The notes: a model not told the origin generated them from the letters alone. A DNA stretch of 64,000 nt from an uncultured Gammaproteobacteria bacterium (GCA_964635515.1 CAZWNU010000001.1:5068-69067), one strand, 5' to 3'. Counted from the first letter of the stretch, positions 45,319 through 56,196 are shown. Translations and numbers: made by a program.

Positions 45319-46986
45319 TTAAGAATTCCTCTGCTTCAAGCAAGCCTTAATAAACTCCAAAAACAGAGGATGAGGATCAAGTGGTCTGGAAATATACTCG
45401 GGATGAAACTGGGTACCAACGAAAAAGGGGTGGTCTGATAGCTCTATAGCCTCTACAATTTTACCATCGGGAGATACTCCAGAGACAACCAAGCCGTTTT
45501 TTTCCAATGTCTCTCGAAATTCATTATTGAACTCATACCTGTGTCTGTGCCTTTCTGAGACTGTGGTTTCCTTAGTTTTTTTACCGTAAGCCTTAGCCAA
45601 TCTGGTGTTTTTAATCAACTTACAGGGCCATCCTCCTAATCGAATGGTTCCTCCATATTGACCATTGGAAATTACCTCTTCTTGATCGGGCATTATATGA
45701 ATGACCGAATGAGGAGTACCAGGGTCTACTTCAATGGAGTTAGCATCTTTAAAACCACATACGTTACGAGCAAACTCGATTACAGCCATTTGCATTCCGT
45801 AACAAAGACCGAAATAGGGCTTCCCCTTCTCCCTGCAATATTTTATAGTAGCTATTTTACCTTCCGCCCCCCTTGACCCCCATCCCTGAGGAACTATTAT
45901 TCCATCATACTTTCCCAGGCTCCTTTTTTTATTCTCCACATCCTCGGAGTTTATCCAATGAAGGTTGGGATGACAATTATTATTAGCACAAGCGTGCTTA
46001 ATAGCTTCAATTACCGAGATATAAGAATCGGATAAACAAAAATCTCCAGTAGAAAAATATTTCCCTACAACTCCTATGTCTACTTCCTTTTTAGCCTCTC
46101 TTGTCCTTCTGACCAAGTCTTTCCACTGATCCAAATCCTTTTTCCTTTTCTTAAGATTGAATTTATCCAAAATCCTATCTCCCAAAGCATCTTTTTCAAA
46201 ATTAAGAGGAACCTCATAGATCGAATCAATATCAGGAGCGGAGACCACATCTTCTTTAGCTATATTGCAATTTATAGCTATTTTTTTTCTTCTGGGTTCA
46301 TCCACCTCCTTTTCGCTTCGTGCGATAATGAAATTGGGTTGAATACCAGAAGAGTTTAAAGTCCTAATAGCGTGCTGGGTCGGTTTAGTTTTCATTTCCC
46401 CTATTTTGCTAGGAATAGGAAGATAACTGACCATAACAAACAGGACGTTTTCCGGATCATATAATTTCATCATCCTGGCCGCTTCTAAGAACAAAACATT
46501 TTGATACTCCCCTATTGTGCCTCCGATCTCAACTATCATAATCTCAGCTCCGCTTTTTTCCACAGCTCTATTTATTCTGTCTCTGATCTCCATGGGAATA
46601 TGAGGAACCACTTCCACGCACTTGCCACCATACTCAAGATTTCTTTCTTTTTTAATGACACTCTCGTAAACTCTACCAGTTGTCATATAGTTTTCTCGAT
46701 AAATGTTTTTGTTTAGAAATCTTTCATAGTTTCCAATATCTTGATCAGTCTCATCACCATCTTCGGTCACAAAAACCTCTCCATGTTCCACCGGATTCAT
46801 GGTCCCGGCATCCACATTGATATAAGGATCGATCTTGATAGCGCTGACATTATATCCACGACTCTCAAGGATGGTGCCTATAGAAGCGCAGGTTACACCC
46901 TTGCCCACTCCGGACATAACACCTCCTACAACAAAAATGAACTTAACTTCTTTTTTATCAGACTTTTTTTTGGCTGTCATAGTCAA
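45319..46986 (-). CDS. pyrG: CTP synthase
   Basis: KFIFVVGGVMSGVGKG, plus the GATase C-terminus (GLCYGMQ). Confidence 0.9.
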   Translation of the reverse strand: MTMTAKKKSDKKEVKFIFVVGGVMSGVGKGVTCASIGTILESRGYNVSAIKIDPYINVDAGTMNPVEHGEVFVTEDGDETDQDIGNYERFLNKNIYRENYMTTGRVYESVIKKERNLEYGGKCVEVVPHIPMEIRDRINRAVEKSGAEIMIVEIGGTIGEYQNVLFLEAARMMKLYDPENVLFVMVSYLPIPSKIGEMKTKPTQHAIRTLNSSGIQPNFIIARSEKEVDEPRRKKIAINCNIAKEDVVSAPDIDSIYEVPLNFEKDALGDRILDKFNLKKRKKDLDQWKDLVRRTREAKKEVDIGVVGKYFSTGDFCLSDSYISVIEAIKHACANNNCHPNLHWINSEDVENKKRSLGKYDGIIVPQGWGSRGAEGKIATIKYCREKGKPYFGLCYGMQMAVIEFARNVCGFKDANSIEVDPGTPHSVIHIMPDQEEVISNGQYGGTIRLGGWPCKLIKNTRLAKAYGKKTKETTVSERHRHRYEFNNEFRETLEKNGLVVSGVSPDGKIVEAIELSDHPFFVGTQFHPEYISRPLDPHPLFLEFIKACLKQRNS

Positions 46987-47045
46987 TCTTCTTTCTCAAA
47001 AACACACAATACCGAAAACATCTATTAATTCTGTGTTTTGATTTT

Positions 47046-48389
47046 TTAATTATCTTTTGTTTCTTCTTTAGTATTTTCTTTTTCCCAATCAAGGGTCTCT
47101 CCTTGAATCAATTTTTTTAATATTTCTACAGCCTTATCCTTTTGAGGGGTCCTGCCCTCTTCATAGTCTTCTCTGCTTAACTCAACCTCCATATCCGGTT
47201 TTATGCCGTGCTCATCAATCGATACTTCACCCGGGGTAAGCCATTCGGATACTGTTACCTTTAAAGAAGACCCGTCTTTTAAAGGTACCAAGCTCTGAAC
47301 CGAGCCCTTGCCAAAAGTTTGCTCACCCACCACAACAGCTTTTCCATGATATTGCAAGGCACCGGCTGTTATTTCAGAAGCGGAAGCGCTTCCCATATTA
47401 ACAAGCACCACTGTAGGATAATCCCTTAATTCCGGAATGCCTCTGGCTTTATATTCTTTATACTTTCCATCACTTGATTTCTCAATCAACACTACATCCC
47501 TCTCAATCCAAGCACTAGTAACCTCTATAGCGGTACTCAAGTAACCACCGGCGTTATTTCTCAAGTCCAAAATTATTCCCTCAGGATTCTTGTCTTTAAC
47601 CTCAGTCAATGCTTCTCGAAAAAGCCTTAAAGTGTCGTCATTAAAATTGGTTATCTTGATGACAAAAATGCCGTCCTCCCTTAATTCGGTTTTTACACTT
47701 TCTATTTTGATAACTCCCCTGGTCACTTTAATATCTTTCGGTTCTTCCAGGTCATCTCTGGCAATGGTCAATTTAACCTCGGTCCCCTCTTCTCCCCTGA
47801 TTCTGGAAACGGCTTTTTCCAGGCTCATTTCTTTAGTAGAGCTACCATTTATAGCCATAATTTTATCTCCGGCTTTAAGACCTGCTTTTTCAGCCGGCAT
47901 CCCTTCCAGGGGCGCTATTATCGTAACCACACCGTCTCTAATTCCCACCTCTGCTCCAATACCCTCAAAACTACCTGACATGCTCTCCTGGAAACTATGA
48001 GACTCCATAGGATCCAAGAATATGGTGTTTGGATCATCAACAGCCTCAACCATTCCCTTTAACGATCCATAAAACAATTCTTTCTCGCTTATCTTGTCAC
48101 TATCCACATATTCGCTTTTTAGAGCATCCCAAACATCCCAATATAGATCAAATTCTATGTTTCGCTGAAGCCTTCCTTCTTCTACCTCCTCATATTTACC
48201 CAAAACCTTGCCAAGATAAACAACTTCTTTTCTGGCCAACTCTTCCATCACCTGAATCTTGCCTGGCAAATACATGCCCGCGGCAAAAGATATCAACATT
48301 AAAATCAAAACCAGAACAGAAACAATCACTCCGAGGAAAGTGTTGGAACTTTTATTCTTATAACTATTGTCTTTTTTATTTTGTGTCAT
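47046..48389 (-). CDS. Carboxyl-terminal processing protease (S41, CtpA-like) with a PDZ domain
   Basis: NNAGGYLSTAIEV, GSASASEI (catalytic Ser), TFGKGSVQ (Lys) and an N-terminal TM. Confidence 0.85.
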   Translation of the reverse strand: MTQNKKDNSYKNKSSNTFLGVIVSVLVLILMLISFAAGMYLPGKIQVMEELARKEVVYLGKVLGKYEEVEEGRLQRNIEFDLYWDVWDALKSEYVDSDKISEKELFYGSLKGMVEAVDDPNTIFLDPMESHSFQESMSGSFEGIGAEVGIRDGVVTIIAPLEGMPAEKAGLKAGDKIMAINGSSTKEMSLEKAVSRIRGEEGTEVKLTIARDDLEEPKDIKVTRGVIKIESVKTELREDGIFVIKITNFNDDTLRLFREALTEVKDKNPEGIILDLRNNAGGYLSTAIEVTSAWIERDVVLIEKSSDGKYKEYKARGIPELRDYPTVVLVNMGSASASEITAGALQYHGKAVVVGEQTFGKGSVQSLVPLKDGSSLKVTVSEWLTPGEVSIDEHGIKPDMEVELSREDYEEGRTPQKDKAVEILKKLIQGETLDWEKENTKEETKDN

Positions 48390-48393
48390 AAAT

Positions 48394-48975
48394 CTATTTT
48401 CTTATAGTTTTTATGTTATCCATGTCCCTCAAATCAATTATTGAAGAAGCTTTGGCTTGAATCGGACCGACATCTATAACCAAATCGATCTCGGAAACAT
48501 CTAAATAAGAACTGATTTCTTTTATGTCCGTTATAGTTTGACCGCCACTTAAATTCAAACTAGTGGATATGATCGGGACTCCGATTCTTCTTATCATTTT
48601 AGTAAGAAAATTATTTTTAGGCAAACGGACGGCCAATCCTACCTCTCCTCCCTGCGCTAACCTCCCTTGGGAGTCAAGAAGAAAGGAAATTGGGCCGGGC
48701 CAATTATTCTTTAAATAATCCAATTGCCGAGAGTCAATTTTGAAATATTTTTTGGTCATGGCAAGGTCGCTGACCAAAACTAAAAAAGGTTTGTTTTTCG
48801 TCCTCTTCTTTATTTTATACAACACTTCCACAGCCTGATTGTCGTCAGCCCTGCATCCCAAACCATAAACTGTATCAGTAGGATATACGACGATCTTACC
48901 TTGTGAAAAAAAAGAAGTTATTTTATCCATTTTCTCCTCATCACACACAAAGTTGTTTAATTTTATTATCTCCAT
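48394..48975 (-). CDS. tsaC: L-threonylcarbamoyladenylate synthase (YrdC/TsaC family)
   Basis: VVYPTDTVYGLGC motif. Confidence 0.8.
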   Translation of the reverse strand: MEIIKLNNFVCDEEKMDKITSFFSQGKIVVYPTDTVYGLGCRADDNQAVEVLYKIKKRTKNKPFLVLVSDLAMTKKYFKIDSRQLDYLKNNWPGPISFLLDSQGRLAQGGEVGLAVRLPKNNFLTKMIRRIGVPIISTSLNLSGGQTITDIKEISSYLDVSEIDLVIDVGPIQAKASSIIDLRDMDNIKTIRK

Positions 48976-48984
48976 CCAAAATGA

Positions 48985-49491
48985 TTATAAATAATTTAAA
49001 AGAGCTTGAGACAAAAATGGCACCAAGAACTTAATAAAAGTCATCAAATAAGGTATGATGACCGATTGGCCCAAGTCAATAGGAAGCCAAGTGTCGATGG
49101 ATAGGTGAACTACTGCCAAATAAATAACCACACCCAATACCAAGGCTCCTTCGATCAGACCCAAAAACATCCCACCGATTCGATTTATGGTCTTTAGAAA
49201 GGGTATGATAGAAAAAATCTTAAAAGCCTTGTCCAGTAAAACGAAAATTAATCTTACTAAGCGATTGGCTATCACAAACAAGAAAAGAAAGCAAACTATC
49301 TTTCCAATATTCTCCAATCCGAAAAACCAGGATTCAATCAAGTTAAACAAGTCCAAATAAAAAAGTATTGCCACCCAGGCGCCGGCCACCATGCCCAGTA
49401 AAGACCCCAGGGTTCTTATAAGACCAAAAAACAGACCGTAAAAAATAAATCCGGCCCAGGCAAACAACAAGATCAAATCAATAATAAACAT
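48985..49491 (-). CDS. CvpA-family membrane protein
   Basis: 4-TM architecture and a CvpA-like N-terminus (IDLILLFAWAGFIFYGLFFGLIRTLGSLLG). Confidence 0.65.
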   Translation of the reverse strand: MFIIDLILLFAWAGFIFYGLFFGLIRTLGSLLGMVAGAWVAILFYLDLFNLIESWFFGLENIGKIVCFLFLFVIANRLVRLIFVLLDKAFKIFSIIPFLKTINRIGGMFLGLIEGALVLGVVIYLAVVHLSIDTWLPIDLGQSVIIPYLMTFIKFLVPFLSQALLNYL

Positions 49492-49517
49492 AATTTTATT
49501 TTTAAACTTTAAAAAAT

Positions 49518-51221
49518 TTATTTACACCCCTTGTTCTTGGGTTTTGATTTTAATTTTAATTCTTTCCTCTGCTCATTTCTTAAACGCCTAAAACTACTTT
49601 TATTACACCTCTTTTCCGAAATCAAATTTTTCATCCAGCTTCCAGCCAAAAGGTGTGGGGTTATTATAAAATCAGCGCCTTCATTGTACAAGACATTTAA
49701 GTGTTTTATGTGAGAAAGACTTCCTATGAATATAGCCTTTTTACTGAATTTTCTCAATTGCTGAACCAGGGTCATCTGGTCTTTGAAGTCCGGGATAGTC
49801 GATATCACCATTTTTATCTTAGAAGAAAAAATATCACCCAAAAAATCAATCGCTCCGGCGTCACCAAAATAATAAGGGATTCCTCTTTGTCTCAATTTTT
49901 GAATTGCCTTAGGGTCAAAATCCACCACAGCAAAAGAAACACCAGACTCTTTTAAAGAATCGCAGATCTTCCAGCCCAAACGATGGTATCCGAATATTAA
50001 AACATCATACTTTACACCTCCACTCTCTTCAACCGCCAGAGCCTTGTCTTTGCCGAAAAACTTTTCAAAGAAGGGATTTATCTTATCAAAGATCTGTCTG
50101 TTGTAAGTAATCAAATAAGATGAGAAAAATATGGTTATTAAAGCAACCATCGTAAACAGGGTGAGATCAGTTCCGGTAACCAAATTCATATCATACAACA
50201 AAAAAAGAAGCACAAAGCCAAACTCGCTTACCTGGGCTGCTGACAAACTGGAGAGAAAACTGTTTTTTCTAGTAAACTTCATGAACCGAAAAACCGTGTA
50301 TAATATAAAAGGGTTTCCTATTAATATAAACACAGAAAGAACCAAGCCAGGCCAAAAAACTTCTTGTAAATTAGCCAATCCCATTTTACTCCCGAGTATT
50401 ATAAAGAAAAGAGCTATAAAAAAATCTCTTAATGGCCTTACTCTGCTATTTATTTCAAATTGATACTTGGAGGCCGCTAAAGAAAGTCCGGCTATCAGGG
50501 CTCCCACCTCCAAAGACAATCCAGACCACTCCGCCACACCGGAAACAATAAAACACCAGGCTAAAGCGAACATAAAAAGAAACTCCTTGGATTCGGCTAT
50601 CTTGTTTAATGTAAGTGGTAATAAAAACTTGGTCACAAGATAAACTCCCAACAAAAATAAGGAGCTTTTAGCTATCAAGGACAGGAAGGATATCACAAGA
50701 GTGTCTCCAAGATAAAATGCGGGCAAAATTATCATTATCACCACAGCCACCATATCCTGGACCAAATTCAAGCCAATAGAGTATCTTCCATAAACACTGC
50801 CTATATCACCTTTATCCGATAATATTTTAGTAGCTATGATTGTACTGGAAAAAGTTATAGATATCGCTATAAACAAAGCGGATAAAACCGGAAGACCAAA
50901 TAAAAAAATGATCAAAAAACCCAAAGATGAAGTAAAAATCACTTGGGACAGACCCGAGACTATTGAGGGTTTGCCGATTTTTTTTAAGTAATCTACGTTC
51001 AAATTTAAGCCCACCAAAAACAAAAGCATTACCACCCCGAATTTTGCAAACATCTGAAAAAAATCATGCTCCGGACTGACCAAATTCAATAACAAGGGAC
51101 CACAAATAACTCCGGTAAAAAGATAGGAGATAATAAGATGCTGTTTCAAAAGGTTAGCGATAAAAGCTATTCCGATAGCAATTCCCAGAATAATACTTAT
51201 ATCAAAAAAAATAGAGTCCAT
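49518..51221 (-). CDS. CPA2-family cation:proton antiporter with a C-terminal RCK/TrkA-N domain (Kef-type)
   Basis: 12-13 TM Na+/H+ exchanger core plus a Rossmann-like C-terminus (VLIFGYHRLGWKICDSLKESGVSFAVVDFD). Confidence 0.8.
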   Translation of the reverse strand: MDSIFFDISIILGIAIGIAFIANLLKQHLIISYLFTGVICGPLLLNLVSPEHDFFQMFAKFGVVMLLFLVGLNLNVDYLKKIGKPSIVSGLSQVIFTSSLGFLIIFLFGLPVLSALFIAISITFSSTIIATKILSDKGDIGSVYGRYSIGLNLVQDMVAVVIMIILPAFYLGDTLVISFLSLIAKSSLFLLGVYLVTKFLLPLTLNKIAESKEFLFMFALAWCFIVSGVAEWSGLSLEVGALIAGLSLAASKYQFEINSRVRPLRDFFIALFFIILGSKMGLANLQEVFWPGLVLSVFILIGNPFILYTVFRFMKFTRKNSFLSSLSAAQVSEFGFVLLFLLYDMNLVTGTDLTLFTMVALITIFFSSYLITYNRQIFDKINPFFEKFFGKDKALAVEESGGVKYDVLIFGYHRLGWKICDSLKESGVSFAVVDFDPKAIQKLRQRGIPYYFGDAGAIDFLGDIFSSKIKMVISTIPDFKDQMTLVQQLRKFSKKAIFIGSLSHIKHLNVLYNEGADFIITPHLLAGSWMKNLISEKRCNKSSFRRLRNEQRKELKLKSKPKNKGCK

Positions 51222-51292
51222 AAAAACTATGAAGTAATTTAGATATTTAAATCATAACACAAAAAAGACCAAAAAACTATTAAGAGGCTTTC

Positions 51293-52036
51293 TTATTCAA
51301 TCTTCCCTATGGGTATAACATAAAGAGGGGTCTTGTTTTCAGGTAAATGGAGTATCTCGCTCAGTCTTCCCTCATCAAAAGCTCCGATCGGAACCGCTCC
51401 CAAATTCAGGCTCGTGGCCTGGAGAAGAACATTTTGAGAGGCATGACCCACTTCAATGTGCACATACTGCTCCGCTCTATCTCCGTAACGATCAGCTGTT
51501 ACTGAGTAATCACCACCTATAACCAAATTTACAGGCGCTTCATTTACAAACATTTGATTCAAAGCCGCTTCTGCCAATTTTTGGCTAAAATCCCCTTCTC
51601 TAACTCTTTTTAAGCTATGCTCATCAACTGAGTACTTATAAACTCCGGCTGCCAGCTCTTGATCATTTGAAACAACAGCATAAACCTCTAAGGGATAAAG
51701 AGCTCCGGCAGAGGGGGCGGCTCGAAGACCTTCTCTGACATCAGTAATTCCTTGAGCAGACCAAAGTAGTTGGGATAGATCTTCCAAGCCTAATGCCTCT
51801 CCACTATAACTCCTAATACTTCTTCTGTTTTCTATGGCCCTTTCTAGGGATGTTCGACTATCTTTTTTTGGCTCGGGTAAATTGATAATTGACATATTTT
51901 TTTTCTCTTGATCCGTTTCCAAGGGATCTTCTTTCTCGAGGTAGCCAGTGACAAAAAGCGAAACCCAGGCCACTAAAAGCGTGGCAGCAATAATAAACAA
52001 GACCAAGAATAGTTTTAAATTTTTCTTAATTAACAT
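51293..52036 (-). CDS. Membrane-anchored SagB-type / nitroreductase-family dehydrogenase
   Basis: RRSIRSY, LSQLLWSAQG, APSAGALYPLEVY. Confidence 0.7.
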   Translation of the reverse strand: MLIKKNLKLFLVLFIIAATLLVAWVSLFVTGYLEKEDPLETDQEKKNMSIINLPEPKKDSRTSLERAIENRRSIRSYSGEALGLEDLSQLLWSAQGITDVREGLRAAPSAGALYPLEVYAVVSNDQELAAGVYKYSVDEHSLKRVREGDFSQKLAEAALNQMFVNEAPVNLVIGGDYSVTADRYGDRAEQYVHIEVGHASQNVLLQATSLNLGAVPIGAFDEGRLSEILHLPENKTPLYVIPIGKIE

Positions 52037-52044
52037 AATATATT

Positions 52045-52746
52045 TTAATTATTTAAGTTTTTCTTTAGATAAGAGGTTAGGTAATAACGGAACACCCCTG
52101 TTCCCTTCCCTCCATATTTTATATAAAAATAGCCCGCCAAAGAGACAATGAGGGCGCCCCAGGCATCCATAATCAGATCCCACATAGTGTCAACCAGTCC
52201 GTCTTTTTGCATATTTAGACCGAAAAAGCTATCCATAGCAAATTCAAAGATTTCCCAAAGAGCGCCCAGGGAGAGGGCGAAGCAAAAAGAAAAAAGAGCT
52301 ATTATTCCGGCATTTGATTCTAGAGGTCCGTTCTGATAAAGGGAATAAATTATCAGAAAGCCCACAAAACCCAGAGCCATCCCTGAAGTAAAATGAAGAA
52401 GGGAGTCCCACCACCAAAACTTGAAATAGAAATCCCTTATTTCCCCTAAAAACAGAGAAGCGTAAATAAATAAAGTAAGGAAGAAAGTGAAACTAACCGG
52501 AATATGGATCTTTCTCTTCTTAATAAAAATAATGGGTAACCAAATGGATACCATGGCCACCAAACTGATAAAGGCTGTCGTCCAGTTCTTCCAAAAGAGG
52601 GCCAGTAAAAAAGATAATAAAAAAACCAATTGCAGCAAAATGGTAAAAATCACCTGAAGTCTTTCAAAGGTCCTCTCCGCATCATTCCAATTAAAAATAT
52701 CGAAAATAAAAGAAATAAAATTGTCAAAGCTGTTTCTTGCTTTCAT
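52045..52746 (-). CDS. Polytopic membrane protein, possibly YjdF/DUF2238-like
   Basis: 6-7 TM helices and a LWEIFEF motif; the family assignment is tentative. Confidence 0.35.
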   Translation of the reverse strand: MKARNSFDNFISFIFDIFNWNDAERTFERLQVIFTILLQLVFLLSFLLALFWKNWTTAFISLVAMVSIWLPIIFIKKRKIHIPVSFTFFLTLFIYASLFLGEIRDFYFKFWWWDSLLHFTSGMALGFVGFLIIYSLYQNGPLESNAGIIALFSFCFALSLGALWEIFEFAMDSFFGLNMQKDGLVDTMWDLIMDAWGALIVSLAGYFYIKYGGKGTGVFRYYLTSYLKKNLNN

Positions 52747-52819
52747 AAAAATAAAAAGTTCTAATTATCTAACTAATTTAACTTTAGCACGAAGCGACTT
52801 TTTTTGTAATCAATTGAAC

Positions 52820-53962
52820 TTATCTCTTTGCGGAAAAACTACCTGTCAAAACCTCTTCTTCCACCTTCTGGCCTAGGTCGCTCCAGTTGACAAACCGTTG
52901 CAAAAACTCTTCTATATCCTCTTCTTTGTCAATCATTTCCACCCGGCTTAGCTCAGACTTAAAGGGCAAGAAAGAGTAGATTATCTCCTCCTCTTTTATA
53001 TTCATATCAAGGGCAAAGCCTTCTTGTGTAGCTGTAGAAAAATATTGATCAAAGACAAAGTTCCCTAAAGAATAAAAAATCGCTTTACCTTCATATACCT
53101 CCATGCCCTGGACCACGTGGGGATGGTGTCCGATGACCACATCTGCTCCGCTATCAACAAAAAAATGAGCGAAATCCTGTTGTGTTTGATTAAATCTGTG
53201 TTCATACTCAACCCCCCAATGAACATTAACAATGACCATATCCGAAGAGGAGGCAGCGCTCTCTATTAAATCAAGCATTTCAGTTTGATCTGGAATGGCG
53301 TAGACCATGCTAAAGCCCAAGAAGGCTATTTCCGTATCATCAAAATCAATGATCTTCAAACTACATTCACCTGCCTGACCATCTTGACAACCGGAAAAAT
53401 AAAGACCCAAATTATTTAAATTTTCTTCTGTTTCCCTGATCCCTCTCTCCCCCTGGTCGGCTAAATGGTTGTTGGCGATATTGAAAAAATTAAAATTATA
53501 GTCTTTACTTATTTCTTCAATAATATCCGGGGAAAAAGCGAAGTCATAAAGATATTCAGGTGGATAATGTTTGCCTTCATTAGTAACTGCACCCTCCAAA
53601 TTAGCTCCAATTAAATCTCTCGAATAGAAAATCCCTTGACTGTCCATTTTCCCAAAAATATGGTCCAATCCCCTTTCTTCTATCAAATCACCTACATGCC
53701 TATCTAACATCATATCCCCGAAAAAAAGAAAATCAAGATCCAGTTCTTTTTTTTCTGGGGCAGTCGATATTATATCATCGTCCTCTTCAACCAAAGAATC
53801 CTTTACTTCTTCATTCTCAGGGACAATCGAAGAGACCTTCTTTTCTTCTTCTTTTTGACTAGCCGTGTTTGAGCTTAAATGATTATATAAAAAAAACAGT
53901 CCTAAACCTAAAAACAGAAAGAACAGTAAAAATATCAAAATTTTTATTCTGGAGTTGTCCAT
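52820..53962 (-). CDS. CapA/PgsA-family metallophosphatase (poly-gamma-glutamate / capsule biosynthesis-type)
   Basis: LFFGDMMLDRHVG, ADQGERG, VVIGHHPHVVQGMEVY, YSLGNFVFDQ. Confidence 0.75.
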   Translation of the reverse strand: MDNSRIKILIFLLFFLFLGLGLFFLYNHLSSNTASQKEEEKKVSSIVPENEEVKDSLVEEDDDIISTAPEKKELDLDFLFFGDMMLDRHVGDLIEERGLDHIFGKMDSQGIFYSRDLIGANLEGAVTNEGKHYPPEYLYDFAFSPDIIEEISKDYNFNFFNIANNHLADQGERGIRETEENLNNLGLYFSGCQDGQAGECSLKIIDFDDTEIAFLGFSMVYAIPDQTEMLDLIESAASSSDMVIVNVHWGVEYEHRFNQTQQDFAHFFVDSGADVVIGHHPHVVQGMEVYEGKAIFYSLGNFVFDQYFSTATQEGFALDMNIKEEEIIYSFLPFKSELSRVEMIDKEEDIEEFLQRFVNWSDLGQKVEEEVLTGSFSAKR

Positions 53963-54029
53963 ATATCGGTCTTAATTAAAAATGATTATAACTAAACCTT
54001 AAAAAAATAAAAATGGACATGAACAAAAC

Positions 54030-55349
54030 TTAAAAGAAAAAGGAAAAAATCATGATCAGGGCTGCTAAAAAGGGCAAGACCCTGAAAATAGTTATTGACA
54101 CTCCTGCCGCCTTCTTCCACCTGGTGCCTATGCTCTCCACAAGCTCTTTCTTAGATATACTCCAGCTGATTATGGCACCCCCTATCAAACCGGAACCCAC
54201 AACGATCTGGTTAGCTGCAAAAAGATCCAGAACTTCTAAGAAGGGCCTTCCTAAAAAAGAAAAGCCGACCGGAGTGAAGCTAAGGGCAGAAAGAAACCCC
54301 AAGGGGATAACCGGCAAGAATGAAAAAAAGGTGGCCCTTTTATGGGAAAGGTTGAACTCTTCTCTGAAAGCCGTCTTGACCACCTCCATTCCGGCAATAC
54401 AAGAACTGATAGCTGCTAGAAAAAATAAGGTGAAAAACAAGACAGCCAAATAAGCCCCAAAGGGTATAGACTCGAAGACAAGAGGAAGGGTGGTAAAGGC
54501 CAGCTTGGTCCCCTGCTCAGGATTTAAGCCAAAAGAAAAAACTATAGGGAAAATAATAATAGCTGCCAATAACGCAATTGAGGTTTCAATAGACGCTATT
54601 ATTCCGGTAGCCCTAGGCAGGTTAACGTTCCTAGGCAAAAAACTTCCGTAAGTTATTAAATAACCCTGCCCCACAGCCAGAGAGTAAAAGGCTTGTCCAA
54701 AAGCCAGGAGCCAAACATGGACACTGAAAAAAGCTTCAAGTTCAGGGGTAAATAGAAAAGACAAGGCATAGCCCGCTTTATCCAGGCTAAGGCTGTATCC
54801 AGCTAAAAAGATCACAATCAACAAAAGTACGGGCATAAGGATTTTAGCGAGAAACTCGATAGCTTTCACCCCCCTGGCCACTACGATTGAGGTCAAAAAG
54901 GCCACAACAAAGAAATAAAACAGAGAGATATACCCACTTGTAAATTCTTCAAAGGATTGAATATTACCTCTATAACTTTCAACTGCAAAACCCAGGGTCC
55001 AGCCTGTTATGGCAAAATAATAGCTCATTATTATTAAGGTCAATATGACAACTGCCCAACCAAAAATAACCGCCCTTTTGTTAAGCAACCTAAATGTTTT
55101 CACCGGACTCCCGTGCTCGGTTCTTCCGGCACTTATCTCCAGTATCATTAAAGGTATACCCAAAATCAGAACGGCTATTATATAGGCAAAAACAAAAGAA
55201 CCTCCTCCGTTTTCACCTGCTATATAGGGAAATCTCCAAATATTACCCAAACCTACAGCCGCAGCAGCGGTGGCTAAAACAAAACCTCTTTCTGAGGACC
55301 ATTGGATGGCCCTGTGACCTGTCACCTTCTCTTTTAGATTGGAAAACAT
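54030..55349 (-). CDS. Neurotransmitter:sodium symporter (NSS/SNF) family transporter
   Basis: WSSERGFVLATAAAAVGLGNIWRFPY signature. Confidence 0.85.
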   Translation of the reverse strand: MFSNLKEKVTGHRAIQWSSERGFVLATAAAAVGLGNIWRFPYIAGENGGGSFVFAYIIAVLILGIPLMILEISAGRTEHGSPVKTFRLLNKRAVIFGWAVVILTLIIMSYYFAITGWTLGFAVESYRGNIQSFEEFTSGYISLFYFFVVAFLTSIVVARGVKAIEFLAKILMPVLLLIVIFLAGYSLSLDKAGYALSFLFTPELEAFFSVHVWLLAFGQAFYSLAVGQGYLITYGSFLPRNVNLPRATGIIASIETSIALLAAIIIFPIVFSFGLNPEQGTKLAFTTLPLVFESIPFGAYLAVLFFTLFFLAAISSCIAGMEVVKTAFREEFNLSHKRATFFSFLPVIPLGFLSALSFTPVGFSFLGRPFLEVLDLFAANQIVVGSGLIGGAIISWSISKKELVESIGTRWKKAAGVSITIFRVLPFLAALIMIFSFFF

Positions 55350-55578
55350 AACTCAAAAAAAATCTTAAAATAAACACCTACCTTTAAGGCGGGCATATTT
55401 TAAAAATCCACATATTAAATTAGAAATTCCTTTTTTAATATTTTACAATTAAATTGAATTAATGTAAAACAAAGCTTCTCAAAACACCGATCCCTACTCT
55501 TGACTTATTAATATTTTTGTGTCACATTAGCAAAATTAGATCCTTAAAAACAAAAAATCTTCAAAAAGGAGCTTGATA

Positions 55579-56196
55579 ATGAAAAAAATAATTTTTTTTC
55601 CGGGTTGGCCTAAAATGGAGAGTCTCCTGAAGCCGTTTCTGGACCAATGGAGAGAGGTAGATGGTTGGACTATAGAGGTTCACAAACAGAAAACATCCCT
55701 GCAGGAATCTGAAAAGGTTATTCTTGTAAGCTATTCAGCCGGTGTTATTGAACTCCTGGAGTTTCTTCAAGAAAATTGGGAAAAAGTTGGTAAAATAATC
55801 CTTATTGCCCCGGCCGGGTTGACTAACCGAGGTCTTATTGCCCACTGCATGTCTTTTTTAAGGGAGGTTGCCCTCTCCGACATCAACTTCTCTTCTAAAA
55901 AAAAGATCATGGTCGAAAGTGTGGTCAATCTTTTTACAAGGCCTCGGAGATCCTGGAAGGAGATAAATGAAATCAGAAAATTCAATCTTAAAAATGGACT
56001 TAAAGTAAGAAACCTAATAGAAATAAGGATTGTAATGCCTTTTAAGGATGATTTCATTACTCCTCAAAAAAATGAAATAGGTAAAATGAAATCTGCTTTT
56101 GACACCTGGGTCCGAAAAACCCCCGGAGACCATTTCGGGATCATCAAGTATCCGGATCAATACCGGCAATCAATAAAAGAAATGACAGAAAAATAA
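55579..56196 (+). CDS. Putative alpha/beta-fold serine hydrolase (YdeN/RBBP9-like)
   Basis: ILVSYSAGV (an SxSxG nucleophile elbow), KDDF and GDHFG candidate triad residues; AAGGAG Shine-Dalgarno at 55566-55571. Confidence 0.35.
   Translation: MKKIIFFPGWPKMESLLKPFLDQWREVDGWTIEVHKQKTSLQESEKVILVSYSAGVIELLEFLQENWEKVGKIILIAPAGLTNRGLIAHCMSFLREVALSDINFSSKKKIMVESVVNLFTRPRRSWKEINEIRKFNLKNGLKVRNLIEIRIVMPFKDDFITPQKNEIGKMKSAFDTWVRKTPGDHFGIIKYPDQYRQSIKEMTEK

Noticed and set aside
51293-52036. TOMM/microcin biosynthetic cluster implied by a SagB-type dehydrogenase
   Set aside because: No cyclodehydratase (SagC/YcaO), precursor peptide or ABC exporter is adjacent. The neighbours are a Kef antiporter and an unrelated membrane protein.
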